NCBI GenBank assembly: GCA_002189035.1
Contig: NEEC01000218.1
Coordinates: forward strand, 1-38,359
Length of the DNA: 38,359 nt
Source of the DNA: Utricularia gibba
Lineage: Eukaryota; Plantae; Magnoliophyta
Direction: 5' to 3'
Made by a program: the position numbers and the translations under genes. The notes under the pieces were generated by a model. It was not told where the DNA came from, made no database searches, and saw only the letters and a list, made by a program, of their open reading frames with translations. This document shows positions 22,741 to 35,435 of the stretch, in pieces (position 1 is the first letter of the stretch; every line of letters begins with the position of its first letter).

Positions 22741-25213
22741 GGCCCGAGCTCGACTCGACCTCCTGCTCGATACCGTTGCCCCACGAGAGCCCTTATCAAA
22801 TATAAAGCATGCGGTTGAGAAAACCATTTTGGGTGCTCATGAATCCTAACTTCAATAACTGCATCACGATTTTCGTCGAGTAGGACCCGATGTGGCAAAG
22901 GAGTCAGACCGAACCTATGGTCAGAACGAAGTTCCAAAAGACATCACCCGCCCAGAAACGACAAGCTTTTCTTGAGAAACCATGTAGGCAGCCTATTAAA
23001 ACCAACGTTAATAAATGCATCAATTTTTTTGCAGCTAAAAATGACTCTGGGCGAGCCCGACTCGACCTTTTGCCCGATACCGTGCCCCACTAGAGAGCCT
23101 CCTCAAATACAAAGCATGCGATTGAAAAACATTTTGGGTGCTCATGAAATCCTAACTTCAATAACTGCATCACGATTTTCGTCGAGTAGGACCAGATTTG
23201 GCAAAGGAGACAGACCGAACCTTGGGTCAGAACGAAGTTCCAACGACATCACCCGCCCAAAACGACAAGCTTTTCCTTGAGAAAACATTGAGGCAGCCTA
23301 TTAAAACCAACGTTAATAAATGCATCAATTTTTTTTTGCCGGGCTACAAATGACTCTGGGCCCGAGCTCGACTCGACCTCCTGCTCGATACCGTTGCCCC
23401 ACGAGAGTGCCTTATCAAATATAAAGCATGCGGTTGAGAAAACCATTTTGGGTGCTCATGAATCCTAACTTCAATAACTGCATCACGATTTTCGTCGAGT
23501 AGGACCGATGTGGCAAAGGAGTCAGACCGAACCTATGGGTCAGAACGAAGTTCCAAAGACATCACCCGCCCAGAAACGACAAGCTTTTCCTTGAGAAACC
23601 ATGTAGGCAGCCTATTAAAACCAACGTTAATAAATGCATCAATTTTTTTGCCGGCTAAAATGACTCTGGGGCGAGCCCGACTCGACCTTTTGCCCGATAC
23701 CGTGCCCCACTAGAGCGCCTCCTCAACTACAAAGCATGCGATTGACAAAAGCATTTTGGGTGCTCATGAAATCCTAACTTCAATAACTGCATCACGATTT
23801 TCGTCGAGTAGGACCAGATTGGCAAAGGAGACAGACCGAACCTTGGGTCAGAACGAAGTTCACAACGACATCACCCGCCCAAAAACGACAAGCTTTTCCT
23901 TGAGAAAACTTGAGGCAGCTATTAAAAAACCGTTAATAAATGCATCAAGTTTTTTGCCGAGCTACAAATGACTATGGGCCCGAGCTCGACTCGACCTCCT
24001 ACTCGATACCGTTGCCCCACGAGAGCACCTTATCAAATATAAAGCATGCGGTTGAGAAAACCATTTTGGGTGCTCATGAAATCCTAACTTCAATAACTGC
24101 ATCACGATTTTCGTCGAGTAGGACCCGATGGCAAAGGAGTCAGACCGAACCTATGGTCAGAACGAAGTTCCAAAAGACATCACCCGCCCAGAAACGACAA
24201 GCTTTTCCTTGAGAAACCATGTAGGCAGCCTATTAAAACCCAACGTTAATAAATGCATCACTTTTTTGCCGGCTAAAATGACTCTTGCCCGACTCGACCT
24301 TTTGCCCGATACCGTGCCCCACTAGAGCGCCTCCTCAACTACAAAGCATGCGATTGAAAAGCATTTTGGGTGCTCATGAAATCCTAACTTCAATAACTGC
24401 ATCACGATTTTCGTCGAGTAGGACCCGATTTGGCAAAGGAGACAGACCGAACCTTGGGTCAGAACGAAGTTCACAACGACATCACCCGCCCAAAACGACA
24501 AGCTTTTCCTTGAGAAAACCATTGAGGCAGCCTATTAAAACCAACGTTAATAAATGCATCAAGTTTTTTGCCGAGCTACAAATGACTATGGGCCCGAGCT
24601 CGACTCGACCTCCTACTCGATACCGTTGCCCCACGAGAGCACCTTATCAAATATAAAGCATGCGGTTGAGAAAACCATTTTGGGTGCTCATGAAATCCTA
24701 ACTTCAATAACTGCATCACGATTTTCGTCGAGTAGGACCCGATGTGGCAAAGGAGTCAGACCGAACCTATGGTCAGAACGAAGTTCCAAAAGACATCACC
24801 CCCAGAAACGACAAGCTTTTCCTTGAGAAACCATGTAGGCAGCCTATTAAAACCAACGTTAATAAATGCATCACTTTTTTTGCAGGCTAAAAATGACTCT
24901 GGGAGCGAGCTCGACTCGACCTTTTGCTCGATACCGTGCCCCACGAGAGCGCCTCCTCAAATACAAAGCATGCGATTGAAAAAGCATTTTGGGTGCTCAT
25001 GAAATCCTAACTTCAATAACTGCATCACGATTTTCGTCGAGTAGGACCAGATTTGGCAAAGGAGTCAGACCGAACCTTGGTCAGAACGAAGTTCACAACG
25101 ACATCACCCGCCCAAAAACGACAAGCTTTTCCTTGAGAAAACCATTGAGGCAGCCTATTAAAACCAACGTTAATAAATGCATCAAGTTTTTTGCCGAGCT
25201 ACAAATGACTATG
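22741..25213. repeat. X-Y dimer HOR zone (four dimers; counterpart of 3716-6184)
   Basis: G/T core alternation at ~22884/23189, 23501/23812, 24121/24420 and 24735/25045. Confidence 0.75.
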
Positions 25214-27065
25214 GGCCCGAGCTCGACTCGACCTCCTACTCGATACCGTTGCCCCACGAGAGCCTTATCAAATATAAAGCATGCGGTTGAGAAAACCATT
25301 TTGGGTGCTCATGAATCCTAACTTCAATAACTGCATCACGATTTTCGTCGAGTAGGACCCGATGTGGCAAAGGAGTCAGACCGAACCTATGGTCAGAACG
25401 AAGTTCAAAAGACATCACCCGCCCAGAAACGACAAGCTTTTCCTTGAGAAACTATGTAGGCAGCCTATAAAACCAACGTTAATAAATGCATCAATTTTTT
25501 TGCCGGGCTACAAATGACTCTGGGCCGAGCTCGACTCGACCTCCTGCTCGATACCGTTGCCCCACGAGAGCGCCTTATCAAATATAAAGCATGCGGTTGA
25601 GAAAACATTTTGGGTGCTCATGAAATCCTAACTTCAAAACTGCATCACGATTTTCGTCGAGTAGGACCCGATGTGGCAAAGGAGTCAGACCGAACCTTGG
25701 TCAGAACGAAGTTCCAAAAGACATCACCGCCCAGAAACGACAAGCTTTTCCTTGAGAAACCATGTAGGCAGCCTATTAAAACCAACGTTAATAAATGCAT
25801 CAATTTTTTTGCCGGCTACAAATGACTCTGGGCCCGAGCTCGACTCGACCTCCTGCTCGATACCGTTGCCCCACGAGAGCGCCTTATCAAATATAAAGCA
25901 TGCGGTTGAGAAAACCATTTTGGGTGCTCATGAAATCCTAACTTCAATAACTGCATCACGATTTTCGTCGAGTAGGACCCGATGTGGCAAAGGAGTCAGA
26001 CCGAACCTTGGTCAGAACGAAGTTCCAAAAGACATCACCCGCCCAGAAACGACAAGCTTTTCCTTGAGAAACCATGTAGGCAGCCTATTAAAACCCAACG
26101 TTAATAAATGCATCAATTTTTTTGCCGGGCTACAAATGACTCTGGGCCGAGCTCGACTCGACCTCCTGCTCGATACCGTTGCCCCACGAGAGCCTTATCT
26201 ATAAAGCATGCGGTTGAGAAAACCATTTTGGGTGCTCATGAATCCTAACTTCAATAACTGCATCACGATTTTCGTCGAGTAGGACCCGATGTGGCAAAGG
26301 AGTCAGACCGAACCTTGGTCAGAACGAAGTTCAAAAGACATCACCCGCCCAGAAACGACAAGCTTTTCCTTGAGAAACTATGTAGGCAGCCTATTAAAAC
26401 CAACGTTAATAAATGCATCAATTTTTTTGCCGGGCTACAAATGACTCTGGGCCCGAGCTCGACTCGACCTCCTGCTCGATACCGTTGCCCCACGAGAGTG
26501 CCTTATCAAATATAAAGCATGCGGTTGAGAAAACCATTTTGGGTGCTCATGAATCCTAACTTCAATAACTGCATCACGATTTTCGTCGAGTAGGACCGAT
26601 GTGGCAAAGGAGTCAGACCGAACCTATGGTCAGAACGAAGTTCCAAAAGACATCACCCCAAAAAACGACAAGCTTTTCCTGAGAAACCATGTAGGCAGCC
26701 TATTAAAACCAACGTTAATAAATGCATCAAGTTTTTTTGCCGAGCTACAAATGACTATGGGCCGAGCTCGACTCGACCTCCTACTCGATACCGTTGCCCC
26801 ACGAGAGCCCTTATCAAATATAAAGCATGCGGTTGAGAAAACCATTTTGGGTGCTCATGAATCCTAACTTCAATAACTGCATCACGATTTTCGTCGAGTA
26901 GGACCCGATGTGGCAAAGGAGTCAGACCGAACCTTGGTCAGAACGAAGTTCCAAAGACATCACCCGCCAGAAACGACAAGCTTTTCCTTGAGAAACTATG
27001 TAGGCAGCCTATAAAACCAACGTTAATAAATGCATCAATTTTTTTGCCGGGCTACAAATGACTCT
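25214..27065. repeat. A-like monomer block (counterpart of 6185-8057)
   Basis: Six G-type monomers; the fifth (~26592) has the AAGTT/GACTAT end, as in the first copy. Confidence 0.72.
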
Positions 27066-28927
27066 GGGCCGAGCTCGACTCGACCTCTGCTCGATACCGT
27101 TGCCCCACGAGAGTGCCTTATCAAATATAAAGCATGCGGTTGAGAAAACCATTTTGGGTGCTCATGAATCCTAACTTCAATAACTGCATCACGATTTTCG
27201 TCGAGTAGGACCCGATGTGGCAAAGGAGTCAGACCGAACCTATGGTCAGAACGAAGTTCCAAAAGACATCACCCGCCCAGAAACGACAAGCTTTTCTTGA
27301 GAAACCATGTAGGCAGCCTATTAAAACCCAACGTTAATAAATGCATCACTTTTTTTGACAGGCTAAAAATGACTCTGGGCGAGCCCGACTCGACCTTTTG
27401 CCCGATACCGTGCCCCACTAGAGCGCCTCCTCAACTACAAAGCATGCGATTGACAAAAGCATTTTGGGTGCTCATGAAATCCTAACTTCAATAACTGCAT
27501 CACGATTTTCGTCGAGTAGGACCAGATTTGGCAAAGGAGACAGACCGAACCTTGGGTCAGAACGAAGTTCCAACGACATCACCCGCCCAAAAACGACAAG
27601 CTTTTCCTTGAGAAAACCATTGAGGCAGCCTATTAAAACCAACCGTTAATAAATGCATCAATTTTTTTTGCCGAGCTACAAATGACTCTGGGCCCGAGCT
27701 CGACTCGACCTCCTGCTCGATACCGTTGCCCCACGAGAGTGCCTTATCAAATATAAAGCATGCGGTTGAGAAAACCATTTTGGGTGCTCATGAATCCTAA
27801 CTTCAATAACTGCATCACGATTTTCGTCGAGTAGGACCCGATGTGGCAAAGGAGTCAGACCGAACCTATGGTCAGAACGAAGTTCCAAAAGAATCACCCG
27901 CCAAAAACGACAAGCTTTTCCTTGAGAAACTATGTAGGCAGCCTAAAAACCAACGTTAATAAATGCATCAATTTTTTTGCGGGCTACAAATGACTCTGGG
28001 CGAGCCCGACTCGACCTTTGCCCGATACCGTGCCCCACTAGAGCGCCTCCTCAACTACAAAGCATGCGATTGACAAAAGCATTTTGGGTGCTCATGAAAT
28101 CCTAACTTCAATAACTGCATCACGATTTTCGTCGAGTAGGACCAGATTGGCAAAGGAGACAGACCGAACCTTGGGTCAGAAAAGTTCACAACGACATCAC
28201 CCGCCCAAAACGACAAGCTTTTCCTTGAGAAAACTTGAGGCAGCCTATTAAAACCAACGTTAATAAATGCATCAAGTTTTTTGCCGAGCTACAAATGACT
28301 ATGGGCCCGAGCTCGACTCGACCTCCTACTCGATACCGTTGCCCCACGAGAGCACCTTATCAAATATAAAGCATGCGGTTGAGAAAACCATTTTGGGTGC
28401 TCATGAAATCCTAACTTCAATAACTGCATCACGATTTTCGTCGAGTAGGACCCGATGTGGCAAAGGAGTCAGACCGAACCTATGGTCAGAACGAAGTTCC
28501 AAAAGACATCACCCGCCCAGAAACGACAAGCTTTTCCTTGAGAAACCTTGTAGGCAGCCTATTAAAACCCAACGTTAATAAATGCATCACTTTTTTGACA
28601 GGCTAAAAATGACTCTGGCGAGCCCGACTCGACCTTTTGCCCGATACCGTGCCCCACTAGAGCGCCTCCTCAACTACAAAGCATGCGATTGAAAAAGCAT
28701 TTTGGGTGCTCATGAAATCCTAACTTCAATAACTGCATCACGATTTTCGTCGAGTAGGACCAGATTTGGCAAAGGAGACAGACCGAACCTTGGGTCAGAA
28801 CGAAGTTCACAACGACATCACCCGCCCAAAAACGACAAGCTTTTCCTTGAGAAAACCATTGAGGCAGCCTATTAAAACCAACCGTTAATAAATGCATCAA
28901 GTTTTTTGCCGAGCTACAAATGACTAT
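27066..28927. repeat. X-Y dimer HOR zone (three dimers; counterpart of 8058-9904)
   Basis: G/T core alternation at ~27208/27518, 27835/28140 and 28448/28757. Confidence 0.75.
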
Positions 28928-31900
28928 GGGCCCGAGCTCGACTCGACCTCCTACTCGATACCGTTGCCCCACGAGAGCCTTATCAAATATAAAGCATGCG
29001 GTTGAGAAAACCATTTTGGGTGCTCATGAAATCCTAACTTCAATAACTGCATCACGATTTTCGTCGAGTAGGACCCGATGTGGCAAAGGTCAGACCGAAC
29101 CTATGGTCAGAACGAAGTTCCAAAGACATCACCCCAAAAACGACAAGCTTTTCCTTGAGAAACCATGTAGGCAGCCTATTAAAACCAACGTTAATAAATG
29201 CATCAATTTTTTTGCCGGCTAAAATGACTCTGGGCGAGCCGACTCGACCTTGCCGATACCGTGCCCCACGAGAGCGCCTCCTCAAATATAAAGCATGCGG
29301 TTGAAAAACATTTTGGGTGCTCATGAAATCCTAACTTCAATAACTGCATCACGATTTTCGTCGAGTAGGACCAGATTTGGCAAAGAGACAGACCGAACCT
29401 TGGGTCAGAACGAAGTTCACAACGACATCACCCGCCCAAAACGACAAGCTTTTCCTTGAGAAAACCATTGAGGCAGCCTATTAAAACCAACCGTTAATAA
29501 ATGCATCAAGTTTTTTGCCGAGCTACAAATGACTATGGGCCGAGCTCGACTCGACCTCCTACTCGATACCGTTGCCCCACGAGAGCACCTTATCAAATAT
29601 AAAGCATGCGGTTGAGAAAACCATTTTGGGTGCTCATGAACCTAACTTCAATAACTGCATCACGATTTTCGTCGAGTAGGACCCGATTTGGCAAAGGAGT
29701 CAGACCGAACCTTGGTCAGAACGAAGTTCACAACGACATCACCCGCCCAAAAACGACAAGCTTTTCCTTGAGAAAACAATGTAGGCAGCCTATTAAAACC
29801 AACGTTAATAATGCATCAAGTTTTTTGCCGAGCTACAAATGACTCTGGGCCCGAGCTCGACTCGACCTCCTGCTCGATACCGTGCCCCACTAGAGCGCCT
29901 CCTCAACTACAAAGCATGCGATTGAAAACATTTTGGGTGCTCATGAAATCCTAACTTCAATAACTGCATCACGATTTTCGTCGAGTAGGACCAGATTTGG
30001 CAAAGGAGACAGACCGAACCTTGGGTCAGAACGAAGTTCACAACGACATCACCGCCCAAAAACGACAAGCTTTTCCTTGAGAAAACCATTGAGGCAGCCT
30101 ATTAAAACCAACGTTAATAAATGCATCAAGTTTTTTGCCGAGCTACAAATGACTATGGGCCCGAGCTCGACTCGACCTCCTACTCGATACCGTTGCCCCA
30201 CGAGAGCACCTTATCAAATATAAAGCATGCGGTTGAGAAAACCATTTTGGGTGCTCATGAAATCCTAACTTCAATAACTGCATCACGATTTTCGTCGAGT
30301 AGGACCCGATGTGGCAAAGGAGTCAGACCGAACCTATGGTCAGAACGAAGTTCCAAAAGACATCACCCGCCCAGAAACGACAAGCTTTTCCTTGAGAAAC
30401 CATGTAGGCAGCCTATTAAAACCAACGTTAATAAATGCATCACTTTTTTTGACAGGCTAAAAATGACTCTGGGCGAGCCCGACTCGACCTTTGCCCGATA
30501 CCGTGCCCACTAGAGCGCCTCCTCAACTACAAAGCATGCGATTGAAAAGCATTTTGGGTGCTCATGAAATCCTAACTTCAATAACTGCATCACGATTTTC
30601 GTCGAGTAGGACCAGATTTGGCAAAGGAGACAGACCGAACCTTGGGTCAGAACGAAGTTCACAACGACATCACCCGCCCAAAAACGACAAGCTTTTCCTT
30701 GAGAAAACCATTGAGGCAGCCTATTAAAACCAACCGTTAATAAATGCATCAAGTTTTTTGCCGAGCTACAAATGACTATGGGCCCGAGCTCGACTCGACC
30801 TCCTACTCGATACCGTTGCCCCACGAGAGCACTTATCAAATATAAAGCATGCGGTTGAGAAAACCATTTTGGGTGCTCATGAAATCCTAACTTCAATAAC
30901 TGCATCACGATTTTCGTCGAGTAGGACCCGATGTGGCAAAGGAGTCAGACCGAACCTTGGGTCAGAACGAAGTTCACAACGAAATCACCCGCCCAAAAAC
31001 GACAAGCTTTTCCTTGAGAAACAATGTAGGCAGCCTATAAAAACCAACGTTAATAAATGCATCAATTTTTTGCCGGCTACAAATGACTCTGGGCGAGCTC
31101 GACTCGACCTGCTCGATACCGTGCCCCACTAGAGCGCCTCCTCAACTACAAAGCATGCGATTGAAAAGCATTTTGGGTGCTCATGAAATCCTAACTTCAA
31201 TAACTGCATCACGATTTTCGTCGAGTAGGACCAGATTTGGCAAAGGAGACAGACCGAACCTTGGGTCAGAACGAAGTTCACAACGACATCACCCGCCCAA
31301 AAACGACAAGCTTTTCCTTGAGAAAACCATTGAGGCAGCCTATTAAAACCAACCGTTAATAAATGCATCAAGTTTTTTGCCGAGCTACAAATGACTATGG
31401 GCCCGAGCTCGACTCGACCTCCTACTCGATACCGTTGCCCCACGAGAGCACCTTATCAAATATAAAGCATGCGGTTGAGAAAACCATTTTGGGTGCTCAT
31501 GAAATCCTAACTTCAATAACTGCATCACGATTTTCGTCGAGTAGGACCCGATGTGGCAAAGGAGTCAGACCGAACCTATGGTCAGAACGAAGTTCCAAAA
31601 GACATCACCCGCCCAGAAACGACAAGCTTTTCCTTGAGAAACCATGTAGGCAGCCTATTAAAACCCAACGTTAATAAATGCATCACTTTTTTTGCAGGCT
31701 AAAAATGACTCTGGGCGAGCCCGACTCGACCTTTTGCCCGATACCGTGCCCCACTAGAGCGCCTCCTCAACTACAAAGCATGCGATTTAAAAGCATTTTG
31801 GGTGCTCATGAAATCCTAACTTCAATAACTGCATCACGATTTTCGTCGAGTAGGACCAGATTTGGCAAAGGAGACAGACCGAACCTTGGGTCAGAACGAA

Positions 31901-34900
31901 GTTCACAACGACATCACCGCCCAAAAAACGACAAGCTTTTCCTTGAGAAAACCATTGAGGCAGCCTATTAAAACCAACCGTTAATAAATGCATCAAGTTT
32001 TTTGCCGAGCTACAAATGACTATGGGCCCGAGCTCGACTCGACCTCCTACTCGATACCGTTGCCCCACGAGAGCACCTTATCAAATATAAAGCATGCGGT
32101 TGAGAAAACCATTTTGGGTGCTCATGAAATCCTAACTTCAATAACTGCATCACGATTTTCGTCGAGTAGGACCCGATGTGGCAAAGGAGTCAGACCGAAC
32201 CTTGGTCAGAACGAAGTTCCAACGACATCACCCGCCAAAAACGACAAGCTTTTCCTTGAGAAAACAATGTAGGCAGCTATTAAAACCCAACGTTAATAAT
32301 GCATCAAGTTTTTTGCCGAGCTACAAATGACTATGGGCCGAGCTCGACTCGACCTTGCCGATACCGTGCCCCACTAGAGCGCCTCCTCAATACAAAGCAT
32401 GCGATTGAAAAACATTTTGGGTGCTCATGAAATCCTAACTTCAATAACTGCATCACGATTTTCGTCGAGTAGGACCAGATTTGGCAAAGGAGACAGACCG
32501 AACCTTGGGTCAGAACGAAGTTCACAACGACATCACCCGCCCAAAAACGACAAGCTTTTCCTTGAGAAAACCATTGAGGCAGCCTATTAAAACCAACGTT
32601 AATAAATGCATCAAGTTTTTTGCCGAGCTACAAATGACTATGGGAGCTCGACTCGACCTCCTACTCGATACCGTTGCCCCACGAGAGCACCTTATCAAAT
32701 ATAAAGCATGCGGTTGAGAAAACCATTTTGGGTGCTCATGAAATCCTAACTTCAATAACTGCATCACGATTTTCGTCGAGTAGGACCCGATGTGGCAAAG
32801 GAGTCAGACCGAACCTATGGTCAGAACGAAGTTCCAAAAGACATCACCCGCCCAGAAACGACAAGCTTTTCCTTGAGAAACCATGTAGGCAGCCTATTAA
32901 AACCCAACGTTAATAAATGCATCACTTTTTTTGACAGGCTAAAAATGACTCTGGGCGAGCCCGACTCGACCTTTTGCCCGATACCGTGCCCACTAGAGCG
33001 CCTCCTCAACTACAAAGCATGCGATTGAAAAGCATTTTGGGTGCTCATGAAATCCTAACTTCAATAACTGCATCACGATTTTCGTCGAGTAGGACCAGAT
33101 TTGGCAAAGGAGACAGACCGAACCTTGGGTCAGAACGAAGTTCACAACGACATCACCGCCCAAAAACGACAAGCTTTTCCTTGAGAAAACCATTGAGGCA
33201 GCCTATTAAAACCAACCGTTAATAAATGCATCAAGTTTTTTGCCGAGCTACAAATGACTATGGGCCCGAGCTCGACTCGACCTCCTACTCGATACCGTTG
33301 CCCCACGAGAGCACCTTATCAAATATAAAGCATGCGGTTGAGAAAACCATTTTGGGTGCTCATGAAATCCTAACTTCAATAACTGCATCACGATTTTCGT
33401 CGAGTAGGACCCGATGTGGCAAAGGAGTCAGACCGAACCTATGGTCAGAACGAAGTTCCAAAAGACATCACCCCAGAAACGACAAGCTTTTCCTTGAGAA
33501 ACCATGTAGGCAGCCTATTAAAACCCAACGTTAATAAATGCATCACTTTTTTTGCAGCTAAAATGACTCTGGGAGCGAGCCGACTCGACCTTTTGCCGAT
33601 ACCGTGCCCCACTAGAGCGCTCCTCAACTACAAAGCATGCGATTGAAAAACATTTTGGGTGCTCATGAATCCTAACTTCAATAACTGCATCACGATTTTC
33701 GTCGAGTAGGACCAGATTTGGCAAAGGAGACAGACCGAACCTTGGGTCAGAACGAAGTTCACAACGACATCACCGCCAAAAACGACAAGCTTTTCCTTGA
33801 GAAAACCATTGAGGCAGCCTATTAAAACCAACCGTTAATAAATGCATCAAGTTTTTTGCCGAGCTACAAATGACTATGGGCCCGAGCTCGACTCGACCTC
33901 CTACTCGATACCGTTGCCCCACGAGAGCACCTTATCAAATATAAAGCATGCGGTTGAGAAAACCATTTTGGGTGCTCATGAAATCCTAACTTCAATAACT
34001 GCATCACGATTTTCGTCGAGTAGGACCGATTGGCAAAGGAGACAGACCGAACCTTGGGTCAGAACGAAGTTCACAAACAATCACCCGCCAAAAACGACAA
34101 GCTTTTCCTTGAGAAACATGTAGGCAGCCTATTAAAACCCAACGTTAATAAATGCATCAATTTTTTGCCGAGCTACAAATGACTATGGGCCCGAGCTCGA
34201 CTCGACCTCCTGCTCGATACCGTGCCCCACTAGAGCGCCTCCTCAATACAAAGCATGCGATTGAAAAGCATTTTGGGTGCTCATGAAATCCTAACTTCAA
34301 TAACTGCATCACGATTTTCGTCGAGTAGGACCAGATTTGGCAAAGGAGACAGACCGAACCTTGGGTCAGAACGAAGTTCACAACGACATCACCCGCCCAA
34401 AAACGACAAGCTTTTCCTTGAGAAAACCATTGAGGCAGCCTATTAAAACCAACGTTAATAAATGCATCAAGTTTTTTGCCGAGCTACAAATGACTATGGG
34501 CCCGAGCTCGACTCGACCTCCTACTCGATACCGTTGCCCCACGAGAGCACCTTATCAAATATAAAGCATGCGGTTGAGAAAACCATTTTGGGTGCTCATG
34601 AAATCCTAACTTCAATAACTGCATCACGATTTTCGTCGAGTAGGACCCGATGTGGCAAAGGAGTCAGACCGAACCTATGGTCAGAACGAAGTTCCAAAAG
34701 ACATCACCCGCCCAGAAACGACAAGCTTTTCCTTGAGAAACCATGTAGGCAGCCTATTAAAACCCAACGTTAATAAATGCATCACTTTTTTTGACAGGCT
34801 AAAAATGACTCTGGGAGCGAGCCCGACTCGACCTTTTGCCCGATACCGTGCCCCACTAGAGCGCCTCCTCAACTACAAAGCATGCGATTGACAAAAGCAT

Positions 34901-35435
34901 TTTGGGTGCTCATGAAATCCTAACTTCAATAACTGCATCACGATTTTCGTCGAGTAGGACCAGATTTGGCAAAGGAGACAGACCGAACCTTGGGTCAGAA
35001 CGAAGTTCACAACGACATCACCCGCCAAAAACGACAAGCTTTTCCTTGAGAAAACCATTGAGGCAGCCTATTAAAACCAACCGTTAATAAATGCATCAAG
35101 TTTTTTGCCGAGCTACAAATGACTATGGGCCCGAGCTCGACTCGACCTCCTACTCGATACCGTTGCCCACGAGAGCACCTTATCAAATATAAAGCATGCG
35201 GTTGAGAAAACCATTTTGGGTGCTCATGAAATCCTAACTTCAATAACTGCATCACGATTTTCGTCGAGTAGGACCGATGTGGCAAAGGAGACAGACCGAA
35301 CCTTGGGTCAGAACGAAGTTCACAACGACATCACCCGCCCAAAAACGACAAGCTTTTCCTTGAGAAACAATGTAGCTATTAAAACCCAACGTTAATTAAA
35401 TGCATCAAGTTTTTTGCCGAGCTACAAATGACTAT
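28928..35435. repeat. 4-mer HOR array X-Y-X'-Y', copy 2, with the same extra X-Y dimer
   Basis: X starts at 28928, 30157, 31399, 32642, 33262 and 34498. The class order is the same as 9905-16426, offset by ~19.01-19.03 kb. Confidence 0.85.
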